From assembly GCA_964234715.1 (NCBI GenBank), contig OZ174276.1: DNA of 64,000 nucleotides. One strand, given 5' to 3'. Positions within the stretch are counted from its first letter, which is position 1. The number at the start of each line of letters is the position of its first letter. The stretch is from Podarcis melisellensis. Its lineage: Eukaryota. Below the pieces are notes generated by a model. The model saw nothing but the letters and a program-made list of their open reading frames with translations, was not told the DNA's origin and did no database searches. This document shows positions 26,596 through 40,281 of the stretch, piece by piece. The position numbers and the translations under genes are program-made.

Positions 26596-26665
26596 AGGAC
26601 GTCTTCATCCAGCAGACCCAGGATGTGAAGAACCCCATAATTTATGCTGTTTTTGCTGCCTCTGG
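26596..26665 (+). CDS. SEMA3F: SEMA3F exon ~11, 70 nt
   Basis: ctcttcaag|AGGAC...TCTGG|gtgagt; (Q)DVFIQQTQDVKNPIIYAVFAAS(G). Confidence 0.95.
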
Positions 26666-27484
26666 GTGAGTGCTCTGGGAACAGAATTTGGAGATCTTCC
26701 TTCCATGCTCATGCCTGTTCACGCTCACAACTATACAAGGCAAAACCCCAGATTTATCTCTGAAACAGAAAAAGTTCTAAAAGCAGACACCATTCCATCT
26801 TGTGGTGATGTGTTCCATTTCTAGCCAAGAAGGGAACGTGGTCTTAGACAGGGTCACCTTGGAATTTTCTGGCAGAGCTGGAATACAGCCCAGAAGCACT
26901 TGCTTGCCAAGCTTGGGGTTTTCCCACAAACTTAGCTATGGCAGCTGTAGTTGATGACTTGATCCCCTGGGGAAGGCAGGTGGAGTACTTACATACACAC
27001 ACATCAGGATCTATTTACGCCTCTGCGGGGTCAAGAGGGCATCAGGTCCTTTGTTAAACCAGCAAGCAGCAGCAGCTTATGCCATTTTTCTCAGTGCTTG
27101 TGGTTGGAACAACTAATCCTGGAATGTTATAACTTGGGGACGTGGCCTGATAACTCTCCAGCAGCTGCTTGAGGCTGGGACCAGAGCACCAAAATTGCAT
27201 TGTCTTATCCTACCCACCCCCACCTCTTTTCTGGCTTGGTGCTCTGTGCCAGGCAGGAAATCCCTGTTTCTCTGGGGTCTATGTCATTGCACATGTTCAC
27301 AAAGGTTTAAGGACATTTCAAGGGCTTGCCAGCAGCCAAGGCTGAGCAGAGATGCACAACATGTTTCCCCTTTGCAGCTGTGACAGCCAAGAGGTCAGGA
27401 TGCCTGAGAATATCTGCTGAAGGCAAGGATGGAACATTGCAGCCAGCTTTTATATGTGAAGGACATAGCCACCCTTTGGACTAA

Positions 27485-27682
<198 letters not shown>

Positions 27683-29799
27683 TGATCACTTATCTCTATG
27701 GCACTGTCCCCACTCCAGTGCAAATATGTTTTTCAACATTCAAAGCCCAGAGGTTTTGTAAATGCTTATCTGTCCTTGGTAATGTTGCATGCCATACATT
27801 CAATGTTGCAATGTCAAGATGCTTGGAAGAGTGTACATGTGAAACAGACTGCTCACTTTTACATGCACCTTTGGCTAGTGAGCTTCCTGTATGGTGCAAG
27901 GAATCACATTGAGCCTTGCTCATTGGCAGTGCACAGGCTTTATGAGCAGAAGGTTCATTCCTTGGCATTTCTACTTAAAGGATGTTAAGAAGCAAGGCTG
28001 AGAAATACCTCCATCTGAGACTCTGGAGACCTGATGCCTGTTGAAGCAAAGAGTTCCAGTTTAGAAAGGCCAATGAGTCACAAAACATAATTGAATGCAG
28101 AGAAGAGCTTATTCATACAGAACAAAATTCAGTGTATTTTGAACCTATTGCTTCTTCCTCGGGGGATTTTGCATGCAATGAAAATTTATTCTAAGCCAGA
28201 AAAGTTGGGCTTGGCTCCACAGTTGGTGGAACAATGGTCTGATTCTGTAGAAAGAAGCTTCAGATGTTCAGTTTTAAATGAATGCATGTAAGGTAATATT
28301 TGTCATTTAGTAATAATTCAGAAAAAACATACTTATTGAATGGTAGGCCTGGGGAGGAACCATAGATTGGTGGCAGAGCACATGCAGAAGGGCCAAGCTG
28401 GGATCTTTTGTATTGCCAGCTAAAAGGATTTCTGGCTAGCAGGACTAGAGTGTACAACTGCCAGAGGCCTTGGAGGACCACTGCCAACCAGTATACGCCA
28501 TACTGTGCTGGCTTGTCCAGTGGCATTAACACAATATGTACATGAGTACTTCCTCTTCTGCACTGTTGGAGGTTGCAGTGAAGGAACCTATTGGTGATGT
28601 TTGCTGGTGAGAAGTCTTAGGCTGCGCTTCTTGTTTAACACAGTCTCTCCCTAGCTCAACATTCCCCTCCTCATTCCTCCTGCTCTGATTCCCTCTCCCT
28701 CTCCATCTCTGCACTGTTCTGCCTTTCTTGTTCTCCTCCAGCTTCCTTTGGTATCCATATCCTTTGGTGCACTGCAGCCAACAGCTTTTCAGCCCCACTC
28801 ACTGCTTGACATTTGGCCACGGTGTGGGAGGCTGATTAGTGTTTCCTCTCCAGGTTGGTGGTCTCTGGACTCATTTGCTGGCATCCCTTCCTTGTTGGCA
28901 AAATACCCACAAATAAGGAGAACTCATTGCTTCATTTTACTGGCCGGGAGAATTCAGCTCTCTGGTCTCTTTTGCTCATACATCCTAGAGGGCCAAAAAG
29001 AGCCAGATACAGCCTTGGCCGTACAGATACAGCTATGGAGAGGCCTCCAAAAACACAAAGCACAGGCTGTGTTTGGCTCTCACTGCTCAGCAGCTGGGTC
29101 ATATAGGATTCAGAGGTTTGTGTGAGCATTACTAAAAACACCAAGGAATAATGTCCCTTTCAGCAAAAGTAACAGACTTTCAAAAGTGTATCCCTCAGTC
29201 CTAGAAAACATCCAAGGGGTACCGTATTGAGCTGCATGTTAAAGAAACTGAAGTCAGCTTGGGTGAGATGTTCACAGAGTGGAGATCTTACAATCCAATT
29301 CTGTATACTGGGCAACCCTGGTTCCATCCAAAAACTCATTATCTGCCACCCAAACAAGATAAAAGTGGAAGGCTGTATAAGTGCCTCTTCTCCACAGAAT
29401 GAAAAGCAACATAGGCACTGACAGGGACGTCTCCTGATGCACCCCAGCAGCCAACTCCCATACTCACATGAGAGAGAATCCAGCTGTGAAAAGCAGCCTT
29501 AAGACATTTTTTGAGGCTGCAGCCTTCGCATGGGTTGGTCACTTGAGAACAGAATGCTGGACTAGGTGGGCCACTGGCCAGAACCAGCAGGGCTGCTCTT
29601 ATATTTATTGGGGTGGCCCTTGGGATCAAGTTCTATTGGGAGGCTGATGGGAAGCACCTGTGGGCTAGACTGCGTTTGCAGACAGTAAGTTATTCCTGTT
29701 TTGTAGCATGGGCATATAAGAGCAATTCATGCCTTGGTAGGGTGGTTGACTGCAACATATATCACAATTTGACTCTGTATTTCTCCCTTGGGTTTTCAG

Positions 29800-30022
29800 T
29801 GCCCAGGAGGGACGTTCACACCTTTGATGAAGTCAACCAAGGACTACCCAGATGAGGTCATCAACTTTATGCGCACTCATCCCATGATGTACAATGGCGT
29901 GTACCCCATACACCGCCAGCCACTAGTGGTGAGGACCAACGTCAACTACAAGTTCACAACTATTGCCGTGGACCAGGTGGATGCAGCTGACGGGCGCTAT
30001 GAGGTGCTTTTCCTGGGCACAG
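29800..30022 (+). CDS. SEMA3F: SEMA3F exon ~13, 223 nt
   Basis: gttttcag|TGCCCA...GGCACAG|gtaccc; CPGGTFTPLMKSTKDYPDEVINFMRTHPMMYNGVYP...YEVLFLGT. Confidence 0.96.
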
Positions 30023-30686
30023 GTACCCACTGATGTGCACTGAAGAGAATACACAAACACCTCCCACCCACCAACATTCCCCTAGCCTGGACAAATAGCA
30101 CTTGGGTTGGTTCGCTGGGGCAACCACCTGGGACTAGCTTTCTAGGGATATTCAGCTCTGATAAGATTTCTCAGCAAGTTGGAAGGTAATGATGGGAACT
30201 GGAGAGTCCAGCTTTCAGTGTTCCATTCACATGAGATACGGTTTCAGGAGTGCAGGAGCACATTTGGAATTCCTTTTGGTGCAAGATCTATGCCAAGAGG
30301 AGAAATAGGGATTCAGGTCACATTCCAGAACCAAAATTGATTCCTCTTTTCCTATTAATTGGTGCCTACAGACCCATGCCAGATGCAAGAACCAGGTGGT
30401 CTCTCGGTACTGAGCAAATATAAAACTCTCCTGAGCACCTGTGATGACATATAAGAACTCCCTTGTCATAGACTGTCATCTAGTCCAGCCTCTTGTTTTC
30501 AACAATAGCCAGTCAGAAGCTCAACCTTGCCTTTATATCTCTAAGCAAATAAGTGGAAGAGAACCCTTTATCTTTTAGTAGAATCAGCATTCACCCCCCG
30601 CCCCCAGCCTTGAGAACAGATGGACTCCTCACAAGGTAACATTGATTCATTCAGCGCATAGTTTTAACTATGCAGCTTGCTCCTGC

Positions 30687-30978
30687 AGGAGGCAGTGATG
30701 GCCACCATCAAGGATGGATTTAAAAGAGAGACAGATTCATGCAGGATAGGCCTGTTAATGGCTACTAGCCAGGATGAAGGTTATGCTGTGTCTCCATGGC
30801 TGGAGGCGATATGTTTCTGAATACTAGTTGCTAGAAACTGCAGGAGGGGAGAGTGCTCTTGTGCTCAGGTTGTGCTTGCAGGTTTTCTGCAGACACCTGG
30901 CTGGCTGCTATGAGAACAGGATGCTGGACTAGATGGGCCATAGGTCTGATGCAGCAGGCTCTCCTTATGTTCTTATGA
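30687..30978 (+). mobile_element. CR1 LINE 3' end
   Basis: gatggccacc...ggatttaaaag (ORF2 end), gatgctggactagatgggcca, tail cttatgttcttatg; shorter relative near 29545-29605. Confidence 0.75.
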
Positions 30979-31939
30979 CTCCAGTTCCCACAGGAGGAAA
31001 CCATTGTAGGTAACACAGACACAGCTGCACTCTTTTCTGCTTCTGTGCAAACTTACTCCATTGAATTGGAATACAGTAGGATTATTGGTTGAGTAGTTTG
31101 AACAAAGAGGCATACAGATTAGATGAAGTGATGTGTAACAGTAGAAAAACTAACACAGGGAGGAGAACATGCCTAGCCAACTAATGGTGATAGAAAGCAT
31201 CTGCACTAGGTCCAGTCTGCTGGAGGCGAGTTACTTGTCTCCCAGCAGGCTAAGGGAGCACAGCCAGCACTCAAAGCAGGTGGTCAGGAATGCTAACAAC
31301 CCAGAAAGTTCTCATTAGCTGGTAAATGCTGTGTCTCTGCACAGCTGTTTCATGGCCTACCAAGTTAGCTGTTCAGCACCCAGGCAGCTGTGCACAGTGC
31401 TGCCGCCACCTGTTATTGCCTATAGGGAGTTTCCTCTTTCTTTCTGGTCACAGGTGTAACAAATCTCTAGGTCTTGGTTGCTTCCTGTTGCATAAAGAAG
31501 CAGATAAATTTGTGTGATCACAGGAATTCGTGCAGCATTCAGTTCAAGTTGTAAACAGGGGAGTGACGTGGTGGCCTGGGCAATAGGTGCCTATTTTCAT
31601 TTTCCTCTCCATCCACATGAACTGGTATTTTACAAAACTGCATGCTCACCATTCCAAAAAAGGTAGTCATGAGCTTTTCGGGGAGCAATTTAGAAAGAGC
31701 AGAAAGGAATGGTTTGCCATTCTGTGTTTCAGAGGACATACATTTATTCCTCAGAAGCGCCTATAACTCTGGAGATAGACGAAGATAGACACCCCCCCAC
31801 ACACACCCTAAACTTTATTCATGTGCAAGTGCAGGATTCTGAACCTTGCTATAAATCTCTTCTTGCCCTCCCCACACAGTGAAATCTATACACAAGTACA
31901 CTTGTCTCAGAACCTAAAATGGCACCTGTGCCTCTAACG

Positions 31940-32076
31940 TAGGGTTGCCATATTTATAGAAGTAAAATTCAAGACACATAAGTTGTTCAACTTTTTAAAG
32001 GAAAATCCCCTTGGACACTGTTTTCGCTGGTTAAATCCTGGACATATCCGGGAAATTTCAGACATATGGCAACCCT
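31940..32076. mobile_element. hAT-superfamily MITE (related to 17810 copy)
   Basis: TIRs TAGGGTTGCCATAT / ATATGGCAACCCT; 8-bp TSD ctctaacg / ctctaatg. Confidence 0.8.
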
Positions 32077-33071
32077 CTCTAATGTGAAATGCATCATGCC
32101 CTGAAGGCACTGTCATACACCCACTCACTCTCAAATCCAAACTGGATAGGGCTATGGTTCAGAGAGGTGCTGGCTTGGTCTCTATAAAGTTCATGGGTTT
32201 ATACTACTGGCCATGACACTGTGATTGATACATTAGAGGCTAAAAAAAGTACACAGACAGCACATAAGAGGTTCAAAGAGAGAAAGAAGTTTTAGGTAAT
32301 AATTGAAAGAAAGGTCGTTTATAACATAAATTAAGCAATTTTTTAGATTTCATTCAGGGGGTTTTAAATGCTTATTTTCTTTGGGTGGTATCTGACAGGA
32401 GTTAATTAAATGCCATGCTTTTGCTGCAATACTGTTCCCAACTGGGTGCAACACTCATCCTAAGATGGATAAGACATATGGATAAAGCATATGCCTTTCA
32501 CACTATTTTTATACACCAGGTGGTCCTGAGGTTTCCATGTAGTTGTTTTCATTTCCCATTTCTGACAGTACTGAGTTTGTTATGCTCACACTACTATAGA
32601 TGGAAAATACATTTACTCTAGCATCTTTCCTTTAACTTCATTACTTCAGTTTCCCCTTTTATGTGTTTATATGTTATGCTTCTTATGTTTCCTCCCCATG
32701 CACACACTCTCCTCTTAGGACTGTGGGTTGGGGAATTATAAAACATTAATGTGGAGTATGCATACAACAAACAGTTGTAGATTCTTACAAAGCATGGGAC
32801 TTTCTCAGTGGTGGCCCCATCACTACAGAAGTCTTCCCCAAGGAAGTTCATCCAACCATTTCTGTTATGGAGAACTTTTGGAGTAGAAGCATAAGACCTG
32901 GGCCGCACACTCTCACAGGAGCAAGCCACCATCATTTCATAGATCCTGTTTCAAGAGTATCCACAACGTTGATACTAGCATTTCAACAGCATGATGCATA
33001 CCAGAAAAAGGAGGAAGAGCAAAGACCCAAGTGTTGCTAATTCCCCTCTGTGTGCTTCCCTTATATTGCAG

Positions 33072-33160
33072 ATCGTGGCACTGTCCAGAAAGTAATAGTC
33101 CTGCCCAAAGATGACATGGAAACAGAAGAACTGATGCTTGAAGAGGTGGAAGTGTTCAAG
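33072..33160 (+). CDS. SEMA3F: SEMA3F exon ~14, 89 nt
   Basis: atattgcag|ATCGTG...TTCAAG|gtaatt; (D)RGTVQKVIVLPKDDMETEELMLEEVEVFK. Confidence 0.96.
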
Positions 33161-33702
33161 GTAATTCACTGCACAGCCTACGAAAGACATGATCACTTGC
33201 TCTTCATGAAGCACATGGCTTGTGAATGGGTGTGGTGTAGAAGTGAAGAGTGTGAGCAGTGAAGTTCCTTGTTCATACTGTATTTCACTCTCAGCTGCAG
33301 AACATGGATGTGGTGTTAGGCCGACCAATATTCTCTGAGGCTCAGCCCTGCCAGATGCAGTACAAAGCTAATAATTCTAGGCTCCTTTGAAAGGAAGGGT
33401 GGAATAGAAGTTCAATAATATGAAATAAATAAATACCTTCCTGTAGTGTTGCAAGGATCGTTAGGATAAAATACATCTACCTATATGCTGAGAATTAATT
33501 GAAGATGGTGATAGAATTGCTCTCACAGAATTGTCACATCACCCGAGCTCCTCAGATGAAAGTGTTTTGTCTTGTAAAACGGTGTTGTCCACTGTGATTC
33601 TTAAGTCTTTCCTTTGTGTTCTCTTTAAACTACTCCAAAGACCTTGGGAGAGCAGCCACCCTCTTAGACCAGATTAATTGTCATAATTTGGTTTCCTCAT
33701 AG

Positions 33703-33744
33703 GTTCCAGCTCCCATCAGGACGATGACCATATCTTCCAAAAGG
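33703..33744 (+). CDS. SEMA3F: SEMA3F exon ~15, 42 nt
   Basis: cctcatag|GTTCCA...AAAAGG|gtgagt; VPAPIRTMTISSKR. Confidence 0.94.
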
Positions 33745-34105
33745 GTGAGTATATCTTAATGAAGGTTGAAGTATGTCTGCTTATTGGGCTAGATACTAGG
33801 CCAGAAATAGCCATGCCTCAAGAAACAAAAGAGTATTCTCTGACTGCTTGTCACTGGTACCATCTTTGCAAAACACGGAGCAACGTGGAGTTCCTTCCAT
33901 TCTAGTCATTCTCCCATTTCCCTTGAGTATCTGCTGCTACAAGGAGCTCACTCTAGAGGCTGGGAGGTGGGTTGGAATGCAGAGCTGTTCTGAATGGTTG
34001 CACTTGGGAGGCTTTTCTGTCCACACTTCCTCAAGAAATCATATCCCTCACTCCATTCCCACCTCCAGTACACTGTGGGGGCAGAATTACCTATCCTCTC
34101 ATTGA

Positions 34106-34354
<249 letters not shown>

Positions 34355-34785
34355 TAAAGGGACTTTAAAGAATGACTGTGGGGTCATTGTTCAAAGCAAT
34401 TTTTCAAGAGTTCTGGGAGTGCCTTGGAGTTAGCTTTACAGGGAATATTCTAGGAAACTGGTTCTATTGATATAAAGTGGAATTCAGGGGTGCGCTAAGG
34501 AAAGTTTCCATCATACAGTGTCCTAGGAGAAATGCAGGAAAAAGTTCTGTTGAATGAATTCTAGGCAGTGCATCTGGGTAATGCTAAAGAGTATGATTGC
34601 TCCAAAACATGAAATGGATCTTGGGCAGGAATTTGAATCTTCCGTAGTTGGCTCATAATTAATGTAGGATTCACTGGCCAAGTGCTGGCCAGAAAGACAG
34701 AAGGTATATGAATGGCTCATCATCTTGCTCCTTGGAAGGACCAAAATTCCAACTACTCACCTGGCTGCTTCTTTCCTTATCACAG

Positions 34786-34853
34786 GCGGAGCAGGCGTCA
34801 GGATGTCCGGCATGGCAACCCCATCCGTCAGTGTAGAGGCTACAATTCTAATG
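34786..34853 (+). CDS. SEMA3F: SEMA3F exon ~17, 68 nt (furin site)
   Basis: tatcacag|GCGGAGC...CTAATG|gtgagt; RSRRQDVRHGNPIRQCRGYNSN. Confidence 0.96.
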
Positions 34854-35217
34854 GTGAGTGTCACACTCACCCACTGCATGGGGGGGGCAGAAGTAGCGTT
34901 CTCCTTGGTCTCGTAGTCCCTACTCACCTCTCTGCCCCCACAAAAAAAGTGTAGTGAGGGTGTTGAGATGGAAGGTCTGCTTTAAAAAAAAACCTGGCTG
35001 CCCTTCACACCATGATTTTTGATCAGCAGAGTAGGTGAACAAACTGGTACACAATGTGGTGCAGAATATGGACTTCCTTGGCACATAAAGTAGAGTAGCC
35101 ATGGATTGGATGGGAGAGGAGGGGCCATTTTTTCACTGGGTAGGTGGGTGGGTGTCCCTGGGCACATGAAGGGGCATGATTGAAGAATTAGGATCAGTAC
35201 TATTGTACCTCTTTGTT

Positions 35218-35371
35218 ATCATAGAATTGTAGAGCTGGAAGGGACCCCAATGGTCATCTGGTCCAACCCCTGCAATGCAGGAATCTCAACTAAAGCATCC
35301 ATGACAGATGGCCATCCAACCTCTGCTTTAAAACCTCCAAGGAAGGAGAGTCCACAAGGGAGACTGTTCCT
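35218..35371 (-). mobile_element. CR1-type LINE 3' end fragment
   Basis: atcatagaattgtagagctggaagggacccc...aaaacctccaaggaaggagagtccac. Confidence 0.7.
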
Positions 35372-35641
35372 CCTTAGTTCATTTCTTACATAAGTCATCC
35401 AACTCAGTCACATACTTCAATCACATGGTCAGGCTGCACCCAGAACTGGAACCTGAATGGTCTACATGCTGAATGATGGATGGCAGATTAGCCAAGTGTG
35501 GCTATATAAACTTGGCAGTAATGAGACTAGTCTCCTGGCAAAGGAGTAGGAGCTTCTTGGAATATATTTTGTCAGGGAATGCATTAGTTGAAATGCGACC
35601 CTTGGCAAATCATAATCTTGTATCTATGTATCCACCTCCAG

Positions 35642-35775
35642 CCAGCAAGAACACTGTAGAGGCTGTCCAGTATGGAGTGGAGGGAAGCACAGCCTTCCTG
35701 GAGTGCCAGCCTCGCTCCCCTCAGGCCACCATCAAATGGCTGCTCCAGAAGGACAACAGTGACCGAAGGAAAGAG
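35642..35775 (+). CDS. SEMA3F: SEMA3F exon ~18, 134 nt (Ig domain)
   Basis: cacctccag|CCAGC...AAAGAG|gtacaa; (A)SKNTVEAVQYGVEGSTAFLECQPRSPQATIKWLLQKDNSDRRKE. Confidence 0.95.
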
Positions 35776-36853
35776 GTACAAACAGGCAGACCTGAATTTC
35801 CAGAATGGAATTTGGAGGGAAAGGAGGGAATGGAGGCCAGAGGGAAGTTAGCATGAAAGTTAGTGGCTTAGCGAGGAGGAGTAACTTGCCTTTTGTTTCC
35901 ACCGTAAGTTTTAATAAGTGCTAAGACTATCTCTATTTTTCAAATGGGATTCAGTCAAAAACTGACAGCTTCAGATAGCACAATTAGAATCGATTTGGTG
36001 CTTATGCACATCAAACCTGCTCGCAAAAAGCACATAGACCTTTTGCAGTAAGGAAAGCGACTTGAAAATAGACTGGAAAGTGTGGGATAACAATTGCTTG
36101 ATGAAACTTATATAAGCTCCTTGCAAACAAATCAGAATGAATGTTCAAATAAGCTGCAGACAATGCACAAAGAAATCAGGATGATTCCTCAATAAGCAGG
36201 TCATCTGGAAGTGACAGAGAGCTGAGTTGGCCAATCTTTTGTTCTGTTTTCATCATGTTAAAAAACACTTGTTTCTCGGTCCGCTTTCAACCACCTTGCT
36301 CACATTTCATCTATTTTTCATCCGCATCCTGGATACTAGAAGGATCTCTGTGCAGAAGCTCACAAAATAGGTTTTTTAAAGCTCTGAGGAACTGTGGCGC
36401 CTGAACAAGGCCACTGGAAACAGCCCAGGGAAACACCCATGCCTGTGCTATCTCTGAGCTTATATGACCAAGCTCTTGAAAGCTCCCTGACCCATTTGAG
36501 CTAAAGCTAGAGTTTGTTGATTTACTTTCTGTAAGTCCTTCCTACTCAGCCCATCTGATTGGTAGCAGCCCCAAACCTGCTTCTATCCAGCCAATAGTTC
36601 CATCTGAGCTCCTGAGAAAAAGGATGGGAAGCTGGATCGTTCATCATGCTTTGCTATTTGCCAGGACTCAGAAGTCTAGGAATTGCAGAACAGGAAATAA
36701 TGAGAACTAAGAAGCTAGGAGGATGAGGGCCAGAAAGCACTCAGGCAATGAATATGCGGCTTGTTTTCCACCCACAGTGTGATCTAATGTATCTCTGCCC
36801 AGCAACTCCCAACTGTGCTAACAATGCCTCCTCGATGTGTTTCTTTCCATTAG

Positions 36854-37288
36854 CTGCGCACTGAAGGAAGGGTGCTGAGGACAGAGCAGGGGCTGCTGTT
36901 GCGGTCCTTGCAGCTCTCGGATGGGGGCCTCTATTCCTGCACAGCCACAGAGAACAACTTCAAGCACACGGTGGCCAAAGTGCAGCTGCATGTACTGAGC
37001 AGTGAAACGGTCCATGCTGTGCTCTTCCAGTCAGAGGCCCCTGCCCCTTCTGCAGCAGCCATGCGAGCCGGCCTGCCAGGCACTTTCAGCTCCCATTACC
37101 ATGACCTGGTGCAGCTGCTCACCCAGCCTGAGATGGGACTCATCAACCAGTACTGCCAGGGCTATTGGCGGCACGTGGCCTCCAACCATAAGGAGACTCT
37201 GGCTGGTCTCAAAGCCAAGGAGCTGCATGATCAGAAAAAGCCTCGAAACCGCAGGAACCACCAGCCAGAGAAGGATCAGCACACATGA
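36854..37288 (+). CDS. SEMA3F: SEMA3F last coding exon to stop codon
   Basis: ttccattag|CTGCGC...; LRTEGRVLRTEQGLLLRSLQLSDGGLYSCTATENNF...INQYCQGYW...KKPRNRRNHQPEKDQHT-TGA. Confidence 0.96.
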   Translation: MRTEGRVLRTEQGLLLRSLQLSDGGLYSCTATENNFKHTVAKVQLHVLSSETVHAVLFQSEAPAPSAAAMRAGLPGTFSSHYHDLVQLLTQPEMGLINQYCQGYWRHVASNHKETLAGLKAKELHDQKKPRNRRNHQPEKDQHT

Positions 37289-38911
37289 AACTTGACAAGG
37301 GACTATGAAATGACAGTGCTATATTTCCCCCCTCCATTTTAATATTAAAATATCTATAAATATATATATAAATATATATATATACACACACAAAAACAAC
37401 AACACACGCCCTGCTCCCCCTCAAGACAATATTTATTTGTAGGTTGTACATAATATGTGGGTGATGCAGTCTCACCTCAGTGTGTGACAGCAAGGAGTTT
37501 GGAGGCGTCCTGCTGGCATCTTGCTCTTCCTTTCCCCTTTTATCTGCGGTACTGTAAAATAGCTGACACTCTGGAGGATCTCAGTGGGACACGGCAGTCT
37601 TGTGTGGAATCTGTGGGTCCAGAATGTTGGAGCAGAAGCCTTCAAGACTGGATCATCATGGGCAAGTCTGGGAATGTTGTGCTACTGCCACTGAAAACAT
37701 TTCTACCTGGTTAAAAAGGAGAGGAAAATGTCTGTTGTCAGACACTAAGCATACCTACCCTGAAGTGTATAAAAGCCTCTGCTACACCTACAAAGACTTG
37801 AGCACTTTCTTCTCCTCTGCCTCAAAGCATATTCTGGCAGGACACTCTTGCGTGTAAAGTCCAATGGAGGCTTCATGTCTTGAGCCTGAATCATTTAAGG
37901 CAGGAGGAAGTGCTTCACCGAGGGATGTCCATGCATGGTTCCATGCGGTGCTCCTACTGCTTTCAGAAGAAAGTTAATCCCACCAATAGGAACAATGTTA
38001 TGATTTGATAATGATTCAGCTTGTGCTGTTTGGCTGATGATCTGCAAGAGATATTGTCTGTGAAAGTTGTGGTACAACCAAAAGAGCTGTTGGGAAGGTG
38101 GATATGGCTATTCTCATAGGCACCTGCCTTTTCTGAGCTAGTTTACTTGATGGATGTGAAGGCCTCATCCAAGTGGGCTATGCCAGGGAGACGTAATGTA
38201 TATATGAACCAAAGCTACTCTCCCATAGTGCATGTGTCAGAGACTTCCAAGGCCAAAGACAGCATGGGATTGGAGGTGGCAGAGAGGGTTAGGCATCAGC
38301 TAGATAGCCATCAGGACACCGGGTCAGCTGGCCAGTGCAAGCATCCAACCTGGTTATTTATTATTATTTAAATAATATTAATTTGCCCGCTAGGAATTCA
38401 GTTCCTCAGTTTAATAATACCAGTCTACCCAGCCACACAACGTGGAAGTTGGAAAGTCTGGTCCTGAGTATTCCCATCAGGATTCCTGTGGAATTGCCAT
38501 CAGTCCACATGAGCAACTTCAATTTGATGCAGGTTGGATGGAGCATCCTTTGCAAAAAGAGAGAAACGTCGAACTAAGAGTGATCTTTCTGCTTAATTTC
38601 AAGATGGATTCCACATATCATGGCTAAGTAAGGACTAGTAAACATTCAGTGCATGCAGTATCCCCCATGACAGAGATCATTACCTACCTACCTCCCACCA
38701 TTTTGTTCTGAGATAAACAATGGCGAGCATAGAACAGCAGTAGTAATAACACTGCTCAAAAATGAAGAAGGCAATTGTATTACTAAGATGGGCTTCAGGA
38801 TTTATGGATGTAATTTGGAATGTGACCAATAATTGTTCTAGGAATTAATCCCATGTAAAAAACAAACAAAACAAAAAAATACAGAGGGAGAGGTTGAGTC
38901 TTCCATCAGGG

Positions 38912-39078
38912 CAAGGATTTCTGCGTGTGCAATGAAGCATTCTCTCCCTCTCGCTCCCCCTCCCCTAAATCTGTTCTAGGAACTCCCCCAGCCCTCTGGA
39001 ACAGATTTGAGGAAGGCATGGGGCAGACACAGGGGAAGGAGAAGAGGGAAAGTCCTGTTGCATATACAGAAATCCTTG
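38912..39078. mobile_element. Fold-back MITE-like element inside SEMA3F 3'UTR
   Basis: Outer arms caaggatttctgcgtgtgcaa / ttgcatatacagaaatccttg; inner arms aaatctgttcta / tggaacagattt; degraded relative near 19050-19200. Confidence 0.6.
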
Positions 39079-40275
39079 TGGGGATAGGATACGGTAGTTG
39101 AGTACCAACCAGAGCCAGGGGACAATGAGAGAACTGAGAACCACAGGAGAAAAAATTGAATCCCCAGGAGGGGTGCGGGCAGGGCAGAGTTCTCTGCATA
39201 GATAATATAACTTGGGCACCTTGGGAATTCATTAATATGATCTGGCATGCAGAGAAGATGAATATGATAAAACATATAATCAGGTCTTAACCTGAACCAG
39301 ACTTGGTCAACCCATGAACCTATTTTGAAAGCCAGAAATATGAAAGGGAAGAACAGAGTATCTCTGAACATGGGCAGAATGCAGGTTCCTCACCACTGAG
39401 TATCTATGCCCAGAATTGGAGAGGGCTCCTGGGTCAAAGGGTGACTGAGAAAGGCTTGAGCCCACCTCAGCTTGTCTGGTTATAACAAAATCTATTGAAT
39501 GACCTTTTTCTGCCTCCCCCTTCATTTTTTTAAAGGGATTGGCATTTCCTAAATGTGTGACTGTGCCTTCCACCTTAAGTTTTACTGTTGCAGAGGGTTT
39601 AGTTCTCTTGTTTCTTGGGTGCCTCTTTCAGACTGGTGTGGTTATGGCTTTTAGGTTCAATGCCTCCAAAGAATTAGAATCAAATTCTGAGTTTGGCTTA
39701 ATCCACATCACTAAATGCCTGTGGAATTACACCAATTTACATCTGCTAGATATCAGCACTTGGATCTCCCATTGTAGTGACCTGTTTGCTGACGCAAGGA
39801 ACAGGTCTGCTCTGCCACAGGGATTGCAGTCATGGAGGGTAGCAAATAACATGCCCAAGACTGTTGTGTCACTCTACATGTGTAGCCTAGGTGTGCTAGG
39901 ATGGAAGGTAGGTTATTTCTTGGACTTCTCACTTCTGTCTGCAGAGTAGAGGACAGTCTCGATGGAGTAGACCAGAAGCCTGCACTGTGTTTCCTCTGGT
40001 CTCTGGTGCTGTACCTCCTGCGGTTAACAAAGAGAGCTCACCATTCACCTGAGCCTAAGCCCACTTCATTTGTACACACAAAATCCTTGCAGGCACACCC
40101 CCTTTCCCTTGCAATCTGAGTGATGCGCGTGTACTTTCTCTTGTAAATAGTTGTAAATCAAAAATGTAACAAAAACTGGGGATCTGGAGATTTTGATTAG
40201 TAGCTCCTTGTGATGAATTCAAGCACAGAGCCATTTCGCACCTGTAATGTGAAATTCCTGTGGACAGAACAAGCT

Positions 40276-40281
40276 AATAAA
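40276..40281 (+). terminator. SEMA3F: Probable SEMA3F polyadenylation signal (3'UTR ~37289-40300)
   Basis: AATAAA followed by T/GT-rich element (ctttgtttttg) and preceded by TGTA motifs (40142, 40152). A weaker proximal ATTAAA lies at 37344. Confidence 0.7.
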
